This document shows, piece after piece, positions 19,601 through 27,777 of a DNA stretch of 64,000 nucleotides. The stretch is from Armatimonadota bacterium. Lineage in GTDB: Bacteria; Armatimonadota; HRBIN16. Below the pieces are notes generated by a model. The model had not been told where the DNA came from. It saw nothing but the letters and a program-made list of their open reading frames with translations, and did not search any database. Made by a program: the position numbers and the translations under genes. The stretch's first letter is position 1. Each line of letters opens with the position of its first letter. Location of the stretch: positions 3,904,001 to 3,968,000 of the forward strand of contig OY781964.1 in NCBI GenBank assembly GCA_963677485.1, read 5' to 3'.

Positions 19601-20769
19601 TGTTTACATACGGAAGCAAGAAATACTGCGTATGGTACGGAACAGCAGTGAAGGTATATAACTCACAGCAGTTCAACGTTCATGCGTTGTTCATGGCTCC
19701 TATCGGCAGTGACGGTCAGCCAATCGCTTCGGCGATCGACAGGCTACCATTTGACCCCATGCTTCCCATGAGTAAACCTGCGATCACTGTTGAGAACAAC
19801 CGCGCCATACTGATGTGGATGAGCAACAAGGGTCAGGTTATGTATTCCATGAACAACGACAGCTCGCTGGACGTTACCAAGTGGAGTACCCCTGTACGCC
19901 TTGTGACACCCCGTGGTATTCGCGAAATTGATAGCGCCCGTCCCATGACCTTGACGGTGAATGGAAATGACAACATCTATGTGATGGTCAGTGGACTGGA
20001 ACAAAACGGGGATGCAGCTCAAGCCTACATGCTGCGATATAACCTGAGGGGTAACAATCTGATCGCTACCGGTTTGGGCAGCACAACAGAAACCACAAGG
20101 CTGCAGCGTATCACGAACAGCAATGTATGGATTGGCCGTGACCTGAGTTGGCAGCAACAAGACATCAAACTGTTCTTGAACGGCGAAGAGCTGGTGGCAA
20201 CATCGAGTTCATACGATGACCAGAGCGGTGTGATGACCTTTGCGACTGCCGATGGCGGAGGCTATCTGGTGGACCTGTCTCAAGGCACAGTCACGTTCCC
20301 TTATGCACAACCCAAGCTGACCGACGTGGTCACGGCGCAATATAGGGCAAGGGCGATGCGGCTGACGGTCAACCGCGATGACACCGCGCCTACGATCTAC
20401 GCTGGTAGCAATACAAACGCCATCGGAACCGTAGAGGGTGGCGGCGGAGCCATGTGGACCTTATACCGCAAGGTAGCTAATACGGGCGCCACTCAAGCCT
20501 TCTTTGGGAAACGGCTGGTAGTGGATCCGAAATATAGTGTGGATCAATCGATCGTAGACAAGGCGAATGCGGGACAGATCAAGACCACTGGCTTGCTGTG
20601 GGACAACATCCGCGAAACCATGGTTCCGACCACCGGCGCCGCAAGCGAAAGCTACATGTCGGCGGTGCAGGATCCAAAAGACGGCAAGCTATGGCTATTC
20701 TGGAGCAGCAGCCGAACAGGCGCCACCGACCTGTTCTACCAGACCTGGGCACCACGACCGCCTCGGTAG
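13615..20769 (+). CDS. Giant (2384 aa) Sec-exported PQQ-like beta-propeller protein with golvesin/Xly-CBD-like sandwich domains; putative PilY1-analogous adhesin
   Basis: Signal peptide (..IATA|QQ). DWPVFRKDQARTG..LRWSWP propeller start, many blades (SSPAVSANRVFITTLYGRVHAIDLTTGEKIWQY, GSDDGFLYAF). Four sandwich repeats with Y.i.v..P / v.vNQ / W..LG.F / vvaDAi.f motifs. Confidence 0.85.
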   Translation: MAMLKFGKITLAALMATLLVSTIATAQQSTDWPVFRKDQARTGADKVQDNGPGRANLRWSWPRYSQLPPQIIADDSEVQSPSYAGSFAIKSLPNSLGQAYYGNLDGNTAGVSELQDSAAISPDGYHPPTAASSTVFYHYARVAKAGDNNSTSNATVIATWQNATTTQITSRAELRRPARYRIYVWFPSSGTRLQDNSLTLDSTYKTPSNATRAMYVVEYPISINGKTGIISKTIYMDQTKGGQWIQLREANSSGDSLDSLFPYDGKTPIKVRLFNLTDNEADMTNKCIIVYDAVKFVPDNGNVVASPVVSSLGTGANAQQRIIVTRNENVPDLNAPSVTAIDSEGTGAYYTVPDPARSITVGAVYGLNYDPVQDAVKQLWRYEVGQISQPHVLDDTGGAGSIENLSGVNPELNFLLNSIDGVPVYKGAWPITSATASCYAAFANPSSVDADIAKFRWYPSLTSGTATPVHIRVHLPDVPASDAVTAQYSLVYSGGTFPFTINQVADPGQSGGRWVDVPGTFNMKSGDYLELKGNATGGFTEKSMDNPAASPGWSVVTGGFNPGNGNYLQTPLTGSVDPALWATAEYSIPNMLPVNGGTTANYLVDVFVPSMPSGSQRGYQVQYLVTAGGVTTKVYVNQNTDKPEGEWKTLGIFPVANNGTIKVVCTNFDPSIAGGTNGDIVELDDSVTASTERDGVWVAPATPEQGAINGTYTQSPATLANDPTTVGSFIWKPTLNPQSGSVGRYTLYVRLPQVTGGVKRASWVEYTINTVNGPEKVHVNQAGNCLVGETATTDATWLRLGTFTLSKTGNPIVMLTNYTADAASAGSVVIADAIRLEQEAAVAITDVVRARERRVVVADAIEYSAPNSTAGAVTGTPAIGNADVKLSDGTIANKLIVVVPTLGGELYGLDATGDPLTGNTLSYWVVDASVDKSSSVQYSFSSPVFATKGAGGQTMVLVNNFWGRTMAIDTTGNGDYMEGTNRKGTTNLLWAYPKTDEPSLGEQIVSSPAVSANRVFITTLYGRVHAIDLTTGEKIWQYPETPTWGGISSTPAIFEDKVFFGTESGHVVALPATGTDVAAPVWEYPSATQTVIPDSFVLSSPAVLELPDGLTTIRGKSKVLYIGDRAGYLWAIDAVGNGDGTTELAWSDATNNQSASRRWNGQIQSSPSFTYITRILNSWTVVFGVMGNGALYGVNALNGGATTASSYVWGYATEGQNVFASAAIANSWMYMGSDDGFLYAFNNKAGFVNGYTPGEDMPGQEVTNPDADPNSDACIDWSTMKVEFFSEKEYEAIRQGQNKLGSPNPDFRTPESVENLRLRRPGFEWGDRVFAVVYGLDVTCVKDYSKRPRSVTIGIRGNIENYQISTTFIPYEDPNATPVIDPDTGEVIPNVKLRAYVAFNITPDRNTWWTPGQKLALFAKPTDGELQVGVDPTKGITEFTIYNPIALNTGNASIGWSTDTPTGSTIPSTCEFALNGNGVGSPLSGGTSVKRVGTVVASAGGDFIRHGTGGMATVRVANRSKMGLVDSAGNVFPAGQPRALISGLRVIPAKLAYGSSTPFNYLPSEIKPTVPNRSLEYPDIPERSSIFFLNGSDVTYGTQRVTLPPAKANSTSDVMPGDTRTMLELPGRLNVSVPKYQPANDAYTGMYTVYLDLNSNGRLDTSSSSDYWTNPVPSTKDETYRIFTATAKVPMDPKIDVVDKNVFLGTVAHGFGEQMGNTLPNFTSGGDSRSATWKPIAMRNTGNVNLIGIRFLGLPPLATGINVWNSGQVNPSFGLYYSPTTWMQISSTLDRAWDSVLPDRNALKPRPGGSPTFMTINSQPPRIGARIPVGTPQGTYTGFLTVKDDQGLVPVSVGPNDQNEPYGTNVLKANVTVVEARMTNDRPEGTLWQLQSSKQGGDLPANLLPSAIIDNTTLNVAWTSNRGNPLIPSWKLFFGQMGRDATTGQWLPNTSDQWFKVNPLATAGFPDDPTGDLFKQSGDSGDTVLADSGQHSGPVLFTYGSKKYCVWYGTAVKVYNSQQFNVHALFMAPIGSDGQPIASAIDRLPFDPMLPMSKPAITVENNRAILMWMSNKGQVMYSMNNDSSLDVTKWSTPVRLVTPRGIREIDSARPMTLTVNGNDNIYVMVSGLEQNGDAAQAYMLRYNLRGNNLIATGLGSTTETTRLQRITNSNVWIGRDLSWQQQDIKLFLNGEELVATSSSYDDQSGVMTFATADGGGYLVDLSQGTVTFPYAQPKLTDVVTAQYRARAMRLTVNRDDTAPTIYAGSNTNAIGTVEGGGGAMWTLYRKVANTGATQAFFGKRLVVDPKYSVDQSIVDKANAGQIKTTGLLWDNIRETMVPTTGAASESYMSAVQDPKDGKLWLFWSSSRTGATDLFYQTWAPRPPR

Positions 20770-20787
20770 TCGGTGCTTGAAGTCACT

Positions 20788-20827
20788 GAAACGCCCCATT
20801 GGTCATACGACCGGTGGGGCGTTTTTT
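20788..20827 (+). terminator. Rho-independent terminator ending the pilus cluster
   Basis: AAACGCCCCATTGGTC atac GACCGGTGGGGCGTTTTTT. Confidence 0.85.
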
Positions 20828-20839
20828 AAGAGAAGGGGG

Positions 20840-20956
20840 AGGAGAAAGGAGTCAGGAGAGCAGGAGATGAGGAGAGCAGGAGATGAGGAGCGGAGGAGAC
20901 GAAGACAATTGTCGCAGGTGTGTCCTACTGGTCCTACTCATCCTACTTGTCTGATC
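20840..20956 (+). repeat. Short tandem repeats: 8 x AGGAGNN(N), then 3-4 x 9-mer NNTCCTACT
   Basis: aggagaa aggagtc aggagagc aggagatg aggagagc aggagatg aggagcgg aggagacg (20840-20901); tgtcctact ggtcctact catcctact tgtctgatc (20921-20956). Confidence 0.85.
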
Positions 20957-21092
20957 CGTCATTTGGGGCATACCTGCTCGTGAGGTCAAGACCGCCTGTT
21001 AAATACCGGCCGTGGGCGGTATGGTAAAAACCCAACCATTTGTATATCTGAAATCGATTGAATGAACAGCGTCCTTCTCCACGATACCTGCA

Positions 21093-21121
21093 TTGAACGA
21101 AGGGGCGCGGTGTGATAAGCT
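21093..21121 (+). promoter_or_regulatory. Putative sigma70 promoter of gltBD
   Basis: TTGAAC-N17-TAAGCT with extended -10 TG (TGaTAAGCT), ~130 nt upstream of the gltB ATG. Confidence 0.55.
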
Positions 21122-21132
21122 AATAATAGATA

Positions 21133-21224
21133 AACACGGATTCAAAGACGCTCGTGTTCGGGAGATGTTCTGGGCCACCCTATGGGGGGAGGCCATTTGC
21201 TCTTCTGAATACGAGTGTTTTTTT
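21133..21224 (+). promoter_or_regulatory. Structured gltB leader: terminator/antiterminator attenuator candidate
   Basis: 21-bp stem (21145-21165 with 21201-21221, five G-U pairs) running into a T7 tract. Competing stem AACACGG/TCGTGTT (21133-21158) sequesters the 5' arm. Confidence 0.65.
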
Positions 21225-21249
21225 ATCTCGATACGGGGTGAATACAACT

Positions 21250-24200
21250 ATGTCTCCCAGTCTTCCCAAAATAGATGGCCTTTACGACCCGCAAAATGAG
21301 CATGATGCTTGTGGCGTAGGGTTCGTTGCACATATCAAGGGTTTGAAGTCTCACAGCATCGTGGAAAATGGACTTCAGATACTCATGAATCTGGAACATC
21401 GAGGTGCCAGCGGTTCGGACCCTGAAACGGGCGATGGTGCTGGTATATTGATGCAGATACCGCATCGCTACTTTACAAAGGTGCTCAATTTCGCTATCCC
21501 GCAAGATGGCAGCTATGGCGTTGGTATGCTGTTTTTACCCAAGGACAGCAAGGCCCAACGGGCATGTACAGAACTGACCGAATCAGTCATTTCAGAGTAT
21601 GGCCAGAAGCTGATCGGATGGCGTGATGTTCCCGTTGATAGCTCGAAGCTGGGCAAAGCAGCTCGCGCATCGGAGCCGGTCATCAAGCAGGTGTTCATCG
21701 CCGCTGCACCCAGCATCTCAGACGATGACGAGTTCGAGCGAATCCTGTTCTTAATCCGCAAGACTATTGAGCACCGAAGTCCGATTCTGACGATACCTGA
21801 GGGTCAGGGCTTCTACATCAACAGCTTCAGCAGCCGCACCATCGTTTATAAGGGGCTGCTGCTGGCGCGACAGATGGGGGTTTACTACCTCGACTTGCTC
21901 GATCCGGATTTTGAGTCGGCACTGGCGTTGGTTCACCAGCGATTCAGCACCAATACCTTCCCCAGTTGGGAGCTTGCTCACCCGTATCGTATGCTGGCTC
22001 ATAATGGCGAAATCAACACTCTGCGCGGCAACCGAAACTGGATGCGCGCCCGTCAGGCGACGATGCACAGCGACCAGTTGGGCGGTGACCTGCAGAACCT
22101 CTACCCATTAGTCACCGAAACGGGCAGCGATAGTGCCACACTCGACAACGCTTTGGAACTGCTGGTAATGGGGGGACGCAGCCTCCCGCAGAGCATGATG
22201 ATGCTGATGCCGGAAGCCTGGGGTCAGGAAGAAAAGCTGATGGACCCGGCTCGCCGCGAGTTCTACGAGTATAGTGCCACCATCATGGAAGCCTGGGACG
22301 GACCTGCTGCTGTGGCCTTCACCGATGGCCGAGTGATCGGAGCCTGTCTCGACCGTAACGGACTTCGCCCGGCTCGTTACCTGGTGACCAGGGATGACCT
22401 CGTGGTCATGGCATCCGAAACCGGTGTGCTGGACATTCGCGAAGAGACCATCCGTGAAAAGTGGCGACTGCGCCCTGGACGTATCTTCATGGTCGACCTG
22501 AAAGAGGGCCGTATCATCGGCGATGCCGAGTTGAAAGACCGCATCGTGAACGAGCATCCCTATGGCCAATGGCTGGAAGATGAGCGTATCAACCTTAGCG
22601 ACCTTCCCGACCCCGTGATGCTGAGCAACCCAGAAACCACGCAGCTTCAAGAACGCCAGCGTGTGTTTGGCTATACTCAGGAAGATTTGAACCTGATACT
22701 CAAGCCTATGGCTGTTGATGGGCAGGAGCCCACGGGCTCCATGGGCAACGATGTGCCGCTTGCGGTTCTAAGCAAACGGCCGCAGTTGCTTTACAACTAT
22801 TTCAAACAGTTGTTCGCACAGGTGACCAACCCGCCGATAGACCCCATCCGTGAAGAGCTTGTGATGGAGCTGCAATACTACATCGGTAAGGGCGGAAACC
22901 TGTTCGAAGATGGCCCTGAGCACGCCCACCAGATATATATCGACACACCGGTTCTCAGCAATGTGCAGCTTGAGCGGTTACGTCAGGTTGAAGACGGTGA
23001 TTTTAGGGCGCGTACCATCAGCATTCTGTTCGACCCTCGCGATGAAGGTTCTATGAAGGATGCGATCGAGCGTGTCTTTGCAGAGACGGACCAGGCCATC
23101 GCTGATGGCGTGAGCATCGTCGTGTTGTCTGACCGTGGTGTGGATCGCGAACATGCACCTATTCCTTCGTTACTGGCCATCGCGAGCCTGCATCATCACC
23201 TCATCGAACAGGGCACACGAAGTTCCGTCGGTGTGGTGCTGGAATCAGGCGAACCACGCGAGGTGATGCATTTCGCACTGCTGCTGGGATATGGCGTCAG
23301 TGCGGTCAACCCATATCTGGCGTTTGACACCATCGGACAACTCGTCCAGGATGGTGTGATCGAAGGTACCATAGCGAAGGCATGCAAAAACTTCATCAAA
23401 GCCATCAGTAAAGGCATCATGAAGGTGATGTCGAAGATGGGTATCAGCTCCATACGCAGCTACCGAGGTGCTCAGATTTTTGAGGCCATCGGTCTGCATG
23501 AAGACTTCATTGATGCCTATTTCTCAGGCACCCCTTCGCGTATCAGCGGAGCCGGACTAGCTGAGATCACCAAAGAGACCGTCATGCGCCATGAGTTTGC
23601 ATACCCATTTGATGAGGTGCCTGGCAACCTTGGCCTGGATACGGGCGGCCAATACAAGTGGCGTCGAGCGGGCGAGTATCACCAGTATAATCCTGACACC
23701 GTCAGCACTCTACAACATGCCGTGCGCACTGGCGATTATGGGAAGTTCAAGCAGTTCTCGAAGTTCGTCAATGAGCACGCAGAACAGATCGCCACTCTGC
23801 GAGGTTTGATCCGCTTCAAACCAAGCACTGCGATACCTATTGACGAAGTGGAGCCGGTCAGTGAGATTGTCAAGCGGTTTGTCACTGGAGCCATGTCGTT
23901 GGGCTCAATCAGCCGCGAAGCCCACGAAACACTGGCCATAGCGATGAACCGACTCGGTGGTAAAAGTAACACGGGTGAGGGCGGCGAAGACAGCTCCCGC
24001 TACAAACCTGATGCCGACGGCAACCTGCGGCGAAGTGCGATCAAGCAGATCGCATCAGCTCGATTTGGTGTGACGGCGAACTACCTTGTGAACGCCGATG
24101 AGCTTCAGATTAAAATGGCCCAGGGTGCAAAGCCTGGTGAGGGTGGACAACTTCCTGGCCACAAAGTGGATCATTATGTCGCAAAACTGCGGCATAGCAC

Positions 24201-25791
24201 TCCAGGTGTGACACTGATTAGCCCGCCGCCACATCATGACATTTACTCGATTGAGGACCTGGCTCAGCTCATCTACGACCTGAAGAACGTGAATCCAAAA
24301 GCACGCATCAGCGTGAAGCTGGTAGCGGAAGTGGGAGTGGGCACGGTGGCTGCTGGTGTGGCGAAAGCCCATGCGGACCACGTGCTGATCTCTGGTCATG
24401 ATGGGGGAACCGGAGCCAGCCCAGTCAGTTCAATCAAACATGCTGGCTTGCCATGGGAGCTGGGGCTTGCAGAAACCCAGCAGGTTCTGGTGAAGAACAC
24501 CCTGCGAAGCCGTATCGTGGTGCAGACCGACGGACAGATCAAAACCGGCCGTGAGGTGGTCATCGCTGCTCTGCTGGGTGCGGAGGAGTTTGGCTTCAGC
24601 ACAACTGCTTTGATTAGTATGGGCTGCATACTCATGCGGGTCTGCCATAGTAACACCTGCCCAGCCGGTATCGCCACGCAAGATCCGGTTCTTAGGGCAC
24701 GCTTTGCAGGCAAACCTGAGCATGTGGTGAACTTCTTTACATTCGTCGCCATGGAAGTTCGCGAACATATGGCCGAACTGGGCTTCAGGAAGTTCGATGA
24801 TATGGTTGGCCACAGTGAGCGCCTGCGGTTTGAGATACCTGAGGACCACTGGAAGGCTCAGAACCTCAACCTTGATGTTCTGTTCAACCAACCCGATGAA
24901 GCAAAGAGCCATCCGCTGCACTGCACAACCAAGCAAGACCACGGTCTTGAGAAGCAGCTTGACAACGAGTTGATCAAACTCTGTGCTGATGCTATCAGTA
25001 TGCGGGAGCCAGTGCGGTTAACAATGCCAATCCGCAACAGCAACCGTACAGTCGGTGCGATGCTGTCCGGTCGGATCGCCGAGAAGTATGGCGAAAAGGG
25101 GCTGCCTGATGGCACCATCAGGGTTCACTTCGATGGATCAGCAGGGCAGAGCTTTGGAGCGTTCCTGGTCGACGGTGTGACTTTCGAGCTGGCCGGCGAC
25201 TGCAACGACTACCTCGGCAAAGGGTTGTCTGGCGGTCGAGTGGTGGTTTATCCGCCACGGCTGGCAAGTTACAAGCCCAATGAAAACATCATCGCAGGGA
25301 ACACCCTGCTGTATGGTGCCACCAGTGGGGAAGTCTTCCTGAGAGGTGTCGTGGGCGAACGATTCGCCGTGCGAAACTCCGGCGCTCTAGCGGTCGTTGA
25401 GGGTTGCGGAGACCACGGCTGCGAATACATGACCGGTGGTGTGGTGGTAGTGATTGGCAACGTGGGCCGAAACTTTGCGGCCGGCATGAGCGGCGGGGTG
25501 GCCTATGTCATGGACGAGAATGGCGGCTTCCGACAGCGGGTGAACCGCGGGCATGGAAGCATCCTCCTTGAGGCTGTGACGGAACAAGACGACGCTGATC
25601 TGCTGAGAGAAATGCTGAGCAAACATCTGCGTTGGACTGGCTCTGATGAGGCCGCCAGTATCCTGCAACGCTGGGATGATATGCTGCCACGCTTCGTGAA
25701 GGTCATATCCAAGGAATATAAAAACATGCTGGCAATCCTCGAATCGGAAGAGATCGAGAACCGGCATAAGGAGGTCATTACCAATGGCTGA
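21250..25791 (+). CDS. gltB: Glutamate synthase large subunit
   Basis: EHDA|CGVGF N-terminal Cys, [46 protein letters not shown] 3Fe-4S motif, GXGXG domain. Confidence 0.98.
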   Translation: MSPSLPKIDGLYDPQNEHDACGVGFVAHIKGLKSHSIVENGLQILMNLEHRGASGSDPETGDGAGILMQIPHRYFTKVLNFAIPQDGSYGVGMLFLPKDSKAQRACTELTESVISEYGQKLIGWRDVPVDSSKLGKAARASEPVIKQVFIAAAPSISDDDEFERILFLIRKTIEHRSPILTIPEGQGFYINSFSSRTIVYKGLLLARQMGVYYLDLLDPDFESALALVHQRFSTNTFPSWELAHPYRMLAHNGEINTLRGNRNWMRARQATMHSDQLGGDLQNLYPLVTETGSDSATLDNALELLVMGGRSLPQSMMMLMPEAWGQEEKLMDPARREFYEYSATIMEAWDGPAAVAFTDGRVIGACLDRNGLRPARYLVTRDDLVVMASETGVLDIREETIREKWRLRPGRIFMVDLKEGRIIGDAELKDRIVNEHPYGQWLEDERINLSDLPDPVMLSNPETTQLQERQRVFGYTQEDLNLILKPMAVDGQEPTGSMGNDVPLAVLSKRPQLLYNYFKQLFAQVTNPPIDPIREELVMELQYYIGKGGNLFEDGPEHAHQIYIDTPVLSNVQLERLRQVEDGDFRARTISILFDPRDEGSMKDAIERVFAETDQAIADGVSIVVLSDRGVDREHAPIPSLLAIASLHHHLIEQGTRSSVGVVLESGEPREVMHFALLLGYGVSAVNPYLAFDTIGQLVQDGVIEGTIAKACKNFIKAISKGIMKVMSKMGISSIRSYRGAQIFEAIGLHEDFIDAYFSGTPSRISGAGLAEITKETVMRHEFAYPFDEVPGNLGLDTGGQYKWRRAGEYHQYNPDTVSTLQHAVRTGDYGKFKQFSKFVNEHAEQIATLRGLIRFKPSTAIPIDEVEPVSEIVKRFVTGAMSLGSISREAHETLAIAMNRLGGKSNTGEGGEDSSRYKPDADGNLRRSAIKQIASARFGVTANYLVNADELQIKMAQGAKPGEGGQLPGHKVDHYVAKLRHSTPGVTLISPPPHHDIYSIEDLAQLIYDLKNVNPKARISVKLVAEVGVGTVAAGVAKAHADHVLISGHDGGTGASPVSSIKHAGLPWELGLAETQQVLVKNTLRSRIVVQTDGQIKTGREVVIAALLGAEEFGFSTTALISMGCILMRVCHSNTCPAGIATQDPVLRARFAGKPEHVVNFFTFVAMEVREHMAELGFRKFDDMVGHSERLRFEIPEDHWKAQNLNLDVLFNQPDEAKSHPLHCTTKQDHGLEKQLDNELIKLCADAISMREPVRLTMPIRNSNRTVGAMLSGRIAEKYGEKGLPDGTIRVHFDGSAGQSFGAFLVDGVTFELAGDCNDYLGKGLSGGRVVVYPPRLASYKPNENIIAGNTLLYGATSGEVFLRGVVGERFAVRNSGALAVVEGCGDHGCEYMTGGVVVVIGNVGRNFAAGMSGGVAYVMDENGGFRQRVNRGHGSILLEAVTEQDDADLLREMLSKHLRWTGSDEAASILQRWDDMLPRFVKVISKEYKNMLAILESEEIENRHKEVITNG

Positions 25792-27223
25792 TCCTAAAGG
25801 GTTTCTGAAGTATACACGGGTCGCCGCCCCCGATCTAGCGGCTGATGGCCGGGTGCAGAACTTCAATGAGTTTCATTTGAGGCTGCCGGAAAGCGAATTC
25901 CTGCATCAGGCAGCACGCTGCATGGACTGCGGTATTCCGTTCTGCCACAACGGCTGTCCTTTAGGCAACCTGATCCCAGAATGGAACGACCTTGCCTATC
26001 GCGAGCGGTGGGAAGATGCCATCAAGCGGCTTCATGCCACCAACAACTTCCCAGAGTTCACTGGTAAGCTGTGCCCCGCTCCGTGTGAAGAGGCTTGCGT
26101 TCTGGGTATCAACCAGCCGCCTGTGAATATCAAAATGATCGAAGAGACCATCATCCATACCGCCTTTGAAGAGGGCTGGGTGAAGGCGGAACCGCCGCTC
26201 AAACGCACCGGAAAAAAAGTCGCGGTTGTCGGCTCCGGCCCCAGCGGTCTGGCCGCGGCGGCGCAGCTCAACCGTGCTGGTCACAGCGTGGTGGTGTTTG
26301 AACGATCTAGCCGCATCGGCGGGCTGTTGCGTTATGGAATCCCAGACTTCAAAATCGAGAAGTGGATCATCGACCGCCGGCTTGCGATCCTGGAAGAAGA
26401 GGGGATCGAGTTCCGCACGGGAGTGAATGTGGGTTTCGATATTGACAGCCAGAAGCTGCTGTCGGAATTCGACGCCGTAGTGCTTTGCGGTGGATCGACT
26501 ATCCCGCGCGACCTGCCTGTGCCGGGGCGAGAACTTAAAGGCGTTCATTATGCCATGGAGTTCCTGACCCAGCAAAACTACCTGAATGCTGGCGATGATC
26601 TGACCGTAGATCCGATCTCAGCAACTGGCAAGCATGTGGTGGTTATCGGCGGCGGCGACACCGGCTCTGACTGCGTGGGCACCAGCATCCGACAGGGTGC
26701 CGCGAGTGTGACGCAGGTTGAAATCATGCCTAAGCCTCCAACGGAGCGTGCACCAAGCACCCCTTGGCCTCTTTGGAGTTACAAGATGCGAACCAGCAGC
26801 TCACATGAAGAGGGCTGTGCTCGCGACTGGGATGTGCTGACCAAGAGCTTCACCGGTAAATCAGGCGTAGTGAAGAACCTGAATGCTGTGCGTGTGAAGT
26901 GGGAGGGCCGCAACATGAGTGAGGTGGCTGGCAGCGAGTTTACACTCAAGTGTGACCTGGCACTCTTGGCCATGGGCTTTGTTCACCCGCAGCACGACGG
27001 CCCCATCGGGCAGTTGGGTGTGGAGCTGAATGAACGCGGCAACGTGCAGGTAAACAGCCGGTTCCAGACCAGTGTGCCCAAGGTGTTCTCAGCAGGTGAC
27101 ATGCGTCGCGGACAGTCGTTGATTGTCTGGGCCATATCCGAAGGGCGTGAGTGCGCCCGTGGGGTCGACGAATACTTGATGGGCCGCACTGACTTAACCC
27201 TCAACGGAGCGAAACGCTGGTAA
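25784..27223 (+). CDS. gltD: Glutamate synthase small subunit
   Basis: [55 protein letters not shown]. Overlaps the gltB stop. Confidence 0.97.
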   Translation: MADPKGFLKYTRVAAPDLAADGRVQNFNEFHLRLPESEFLHQAARCMDCGIPFCHNGCPLGNLIPEWNDLAYRERWEDAIKRLHATNNFPEFTGKLCPAPCEEACVLGINQPPVNIKMIEETIIHTAFEEGWVKAEPPLKRTGKKVAVVGSGPSGLAAAAQLNRAGHSVVVFERSSRIGGLLRYGIPDFKIEKWIIDRRLAILEEEGIEFRTGVNVGFDIDSQKLLSEFDAVVLCGGSTIPRDLPVPGRELKGVHYAMEFLTQQNYLNAGDDLTVDPISATGKHVVVIGGGDTGSDCVGTSIRQGAASVTQVEIMPKPPTERAPSTPWPLWSYKMRTSSSHEEGCARDWDVLTKSFTGKSGVVKNLNAVRVKWEGRNMSEVAGSEFTLKCDLALLAMGFVHPQHDGPIGQLGVELNERGNVQVNSRFQTSVPKVFSAGDMRRGQSLIVWAISEGRECARGVDEYLMGRTDLTLNGAKRW

Positions 27224-27246
27224 GCACTTGCCCGTGCTGACACGGT

Positions 27247-27497
27247 AGCCCAGGCTGTAACTGAAGTGTCACGCTGCGGCAACTGATCGATATGCGAATG
27301 GCTGTCCGCTTCTTTTGCTGTCAAGCGCGGCCTATGTCCGGGGCGGTCTGTGCGTAGGCTAGCGGATGCAGAAGGCTCAAGACCGCGCCGGTCTGGCGGA
27401 TAGCCATGAAAGATATATGTCAAACACAAGACCGGCGCGGTCTATAGACTGTGGCCTCCGCAGGCGTACTGACAGACCGCCCCGGACATAGCCAACC
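27247..27497 (+). repeat. Dispersed ~250-bp element with nested inverted repeats (REPIN/MITE-like), copy 1
   Basis: Perfect 20-bp IR ctatgtccggggcggtctgt (27332-27351) / 27472-27491; inner IR agaccgcgccggtct (27380-27394) / agaccggcgcggtct (27429-27443). Ungapped homology to the reverse complement of 44104-44354. Confidence 0.9.
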
Positions 27498-27533
27498 TAG
27501 TTACGTTCAAGCGACGAATCTAGTTCATGCTTC

Positions 27534-27569
27534 AAGCCGCCTCGGATGTCAAATCCGGGGCGGTTTTTT
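27534..27569 (+). terminator. Rho-independent terminator downstream of gltD and the element
   Basis: AAGCCGCCTCGGAT gtcaa ATCCGGGGCGGTTTTTT. Confidence 0.8.
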
Positions 27570-27777
27570 GTTCAACGCAATGGCATGTGATCGGTCCGAT
27601 CCGACATATCCGTCCTTTAGCCCATATGTGGCTGGTTGCGCGCATACATAGCCCAAATTGCACGTAAATCCATGGTTGCCGTAATATTTACGTGTCATTT
27701 GAGTTGCTAAATATGGTATGCTTGCTACAGTATGCAAAAAACTAGCACCTTTACGGGTGTCAAATATGGAGGCGAAT

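Noticed and set aside
20840-20956. Possible CRISPR array
   Set aside because: Units are 7-9 bp with no unique spacers, and no cas genes are present.
20567-20983. 138-aa ORF with an Arg/Glu-rich stretch
   Set aside because: Crosses a terminator; its low-complexity part is just the translated AGGAG repeat.
21154-21249. Upstream extensions given by the ORF track (gltB from 21154, nuoI from 43437, rpoZ from 51822, pilin from 1975, ABC ATPase from 53900)
   Set aside because: They run through leader RNA structure or neighbouring genes; downstream starts have RBSs and match family N-termini.
27247-27497. Autonomous IS element
   Set aside because: Too short, no transposase, no target-site duplication recognised; kept only as a non-autonomous repeat.
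27451-27737. Short ORFs over the repeat element and terminator (also 26983-27429 and 44277-44858)
   Set aside because: No RBS or motifs; frames are not preserved between the two element copies.
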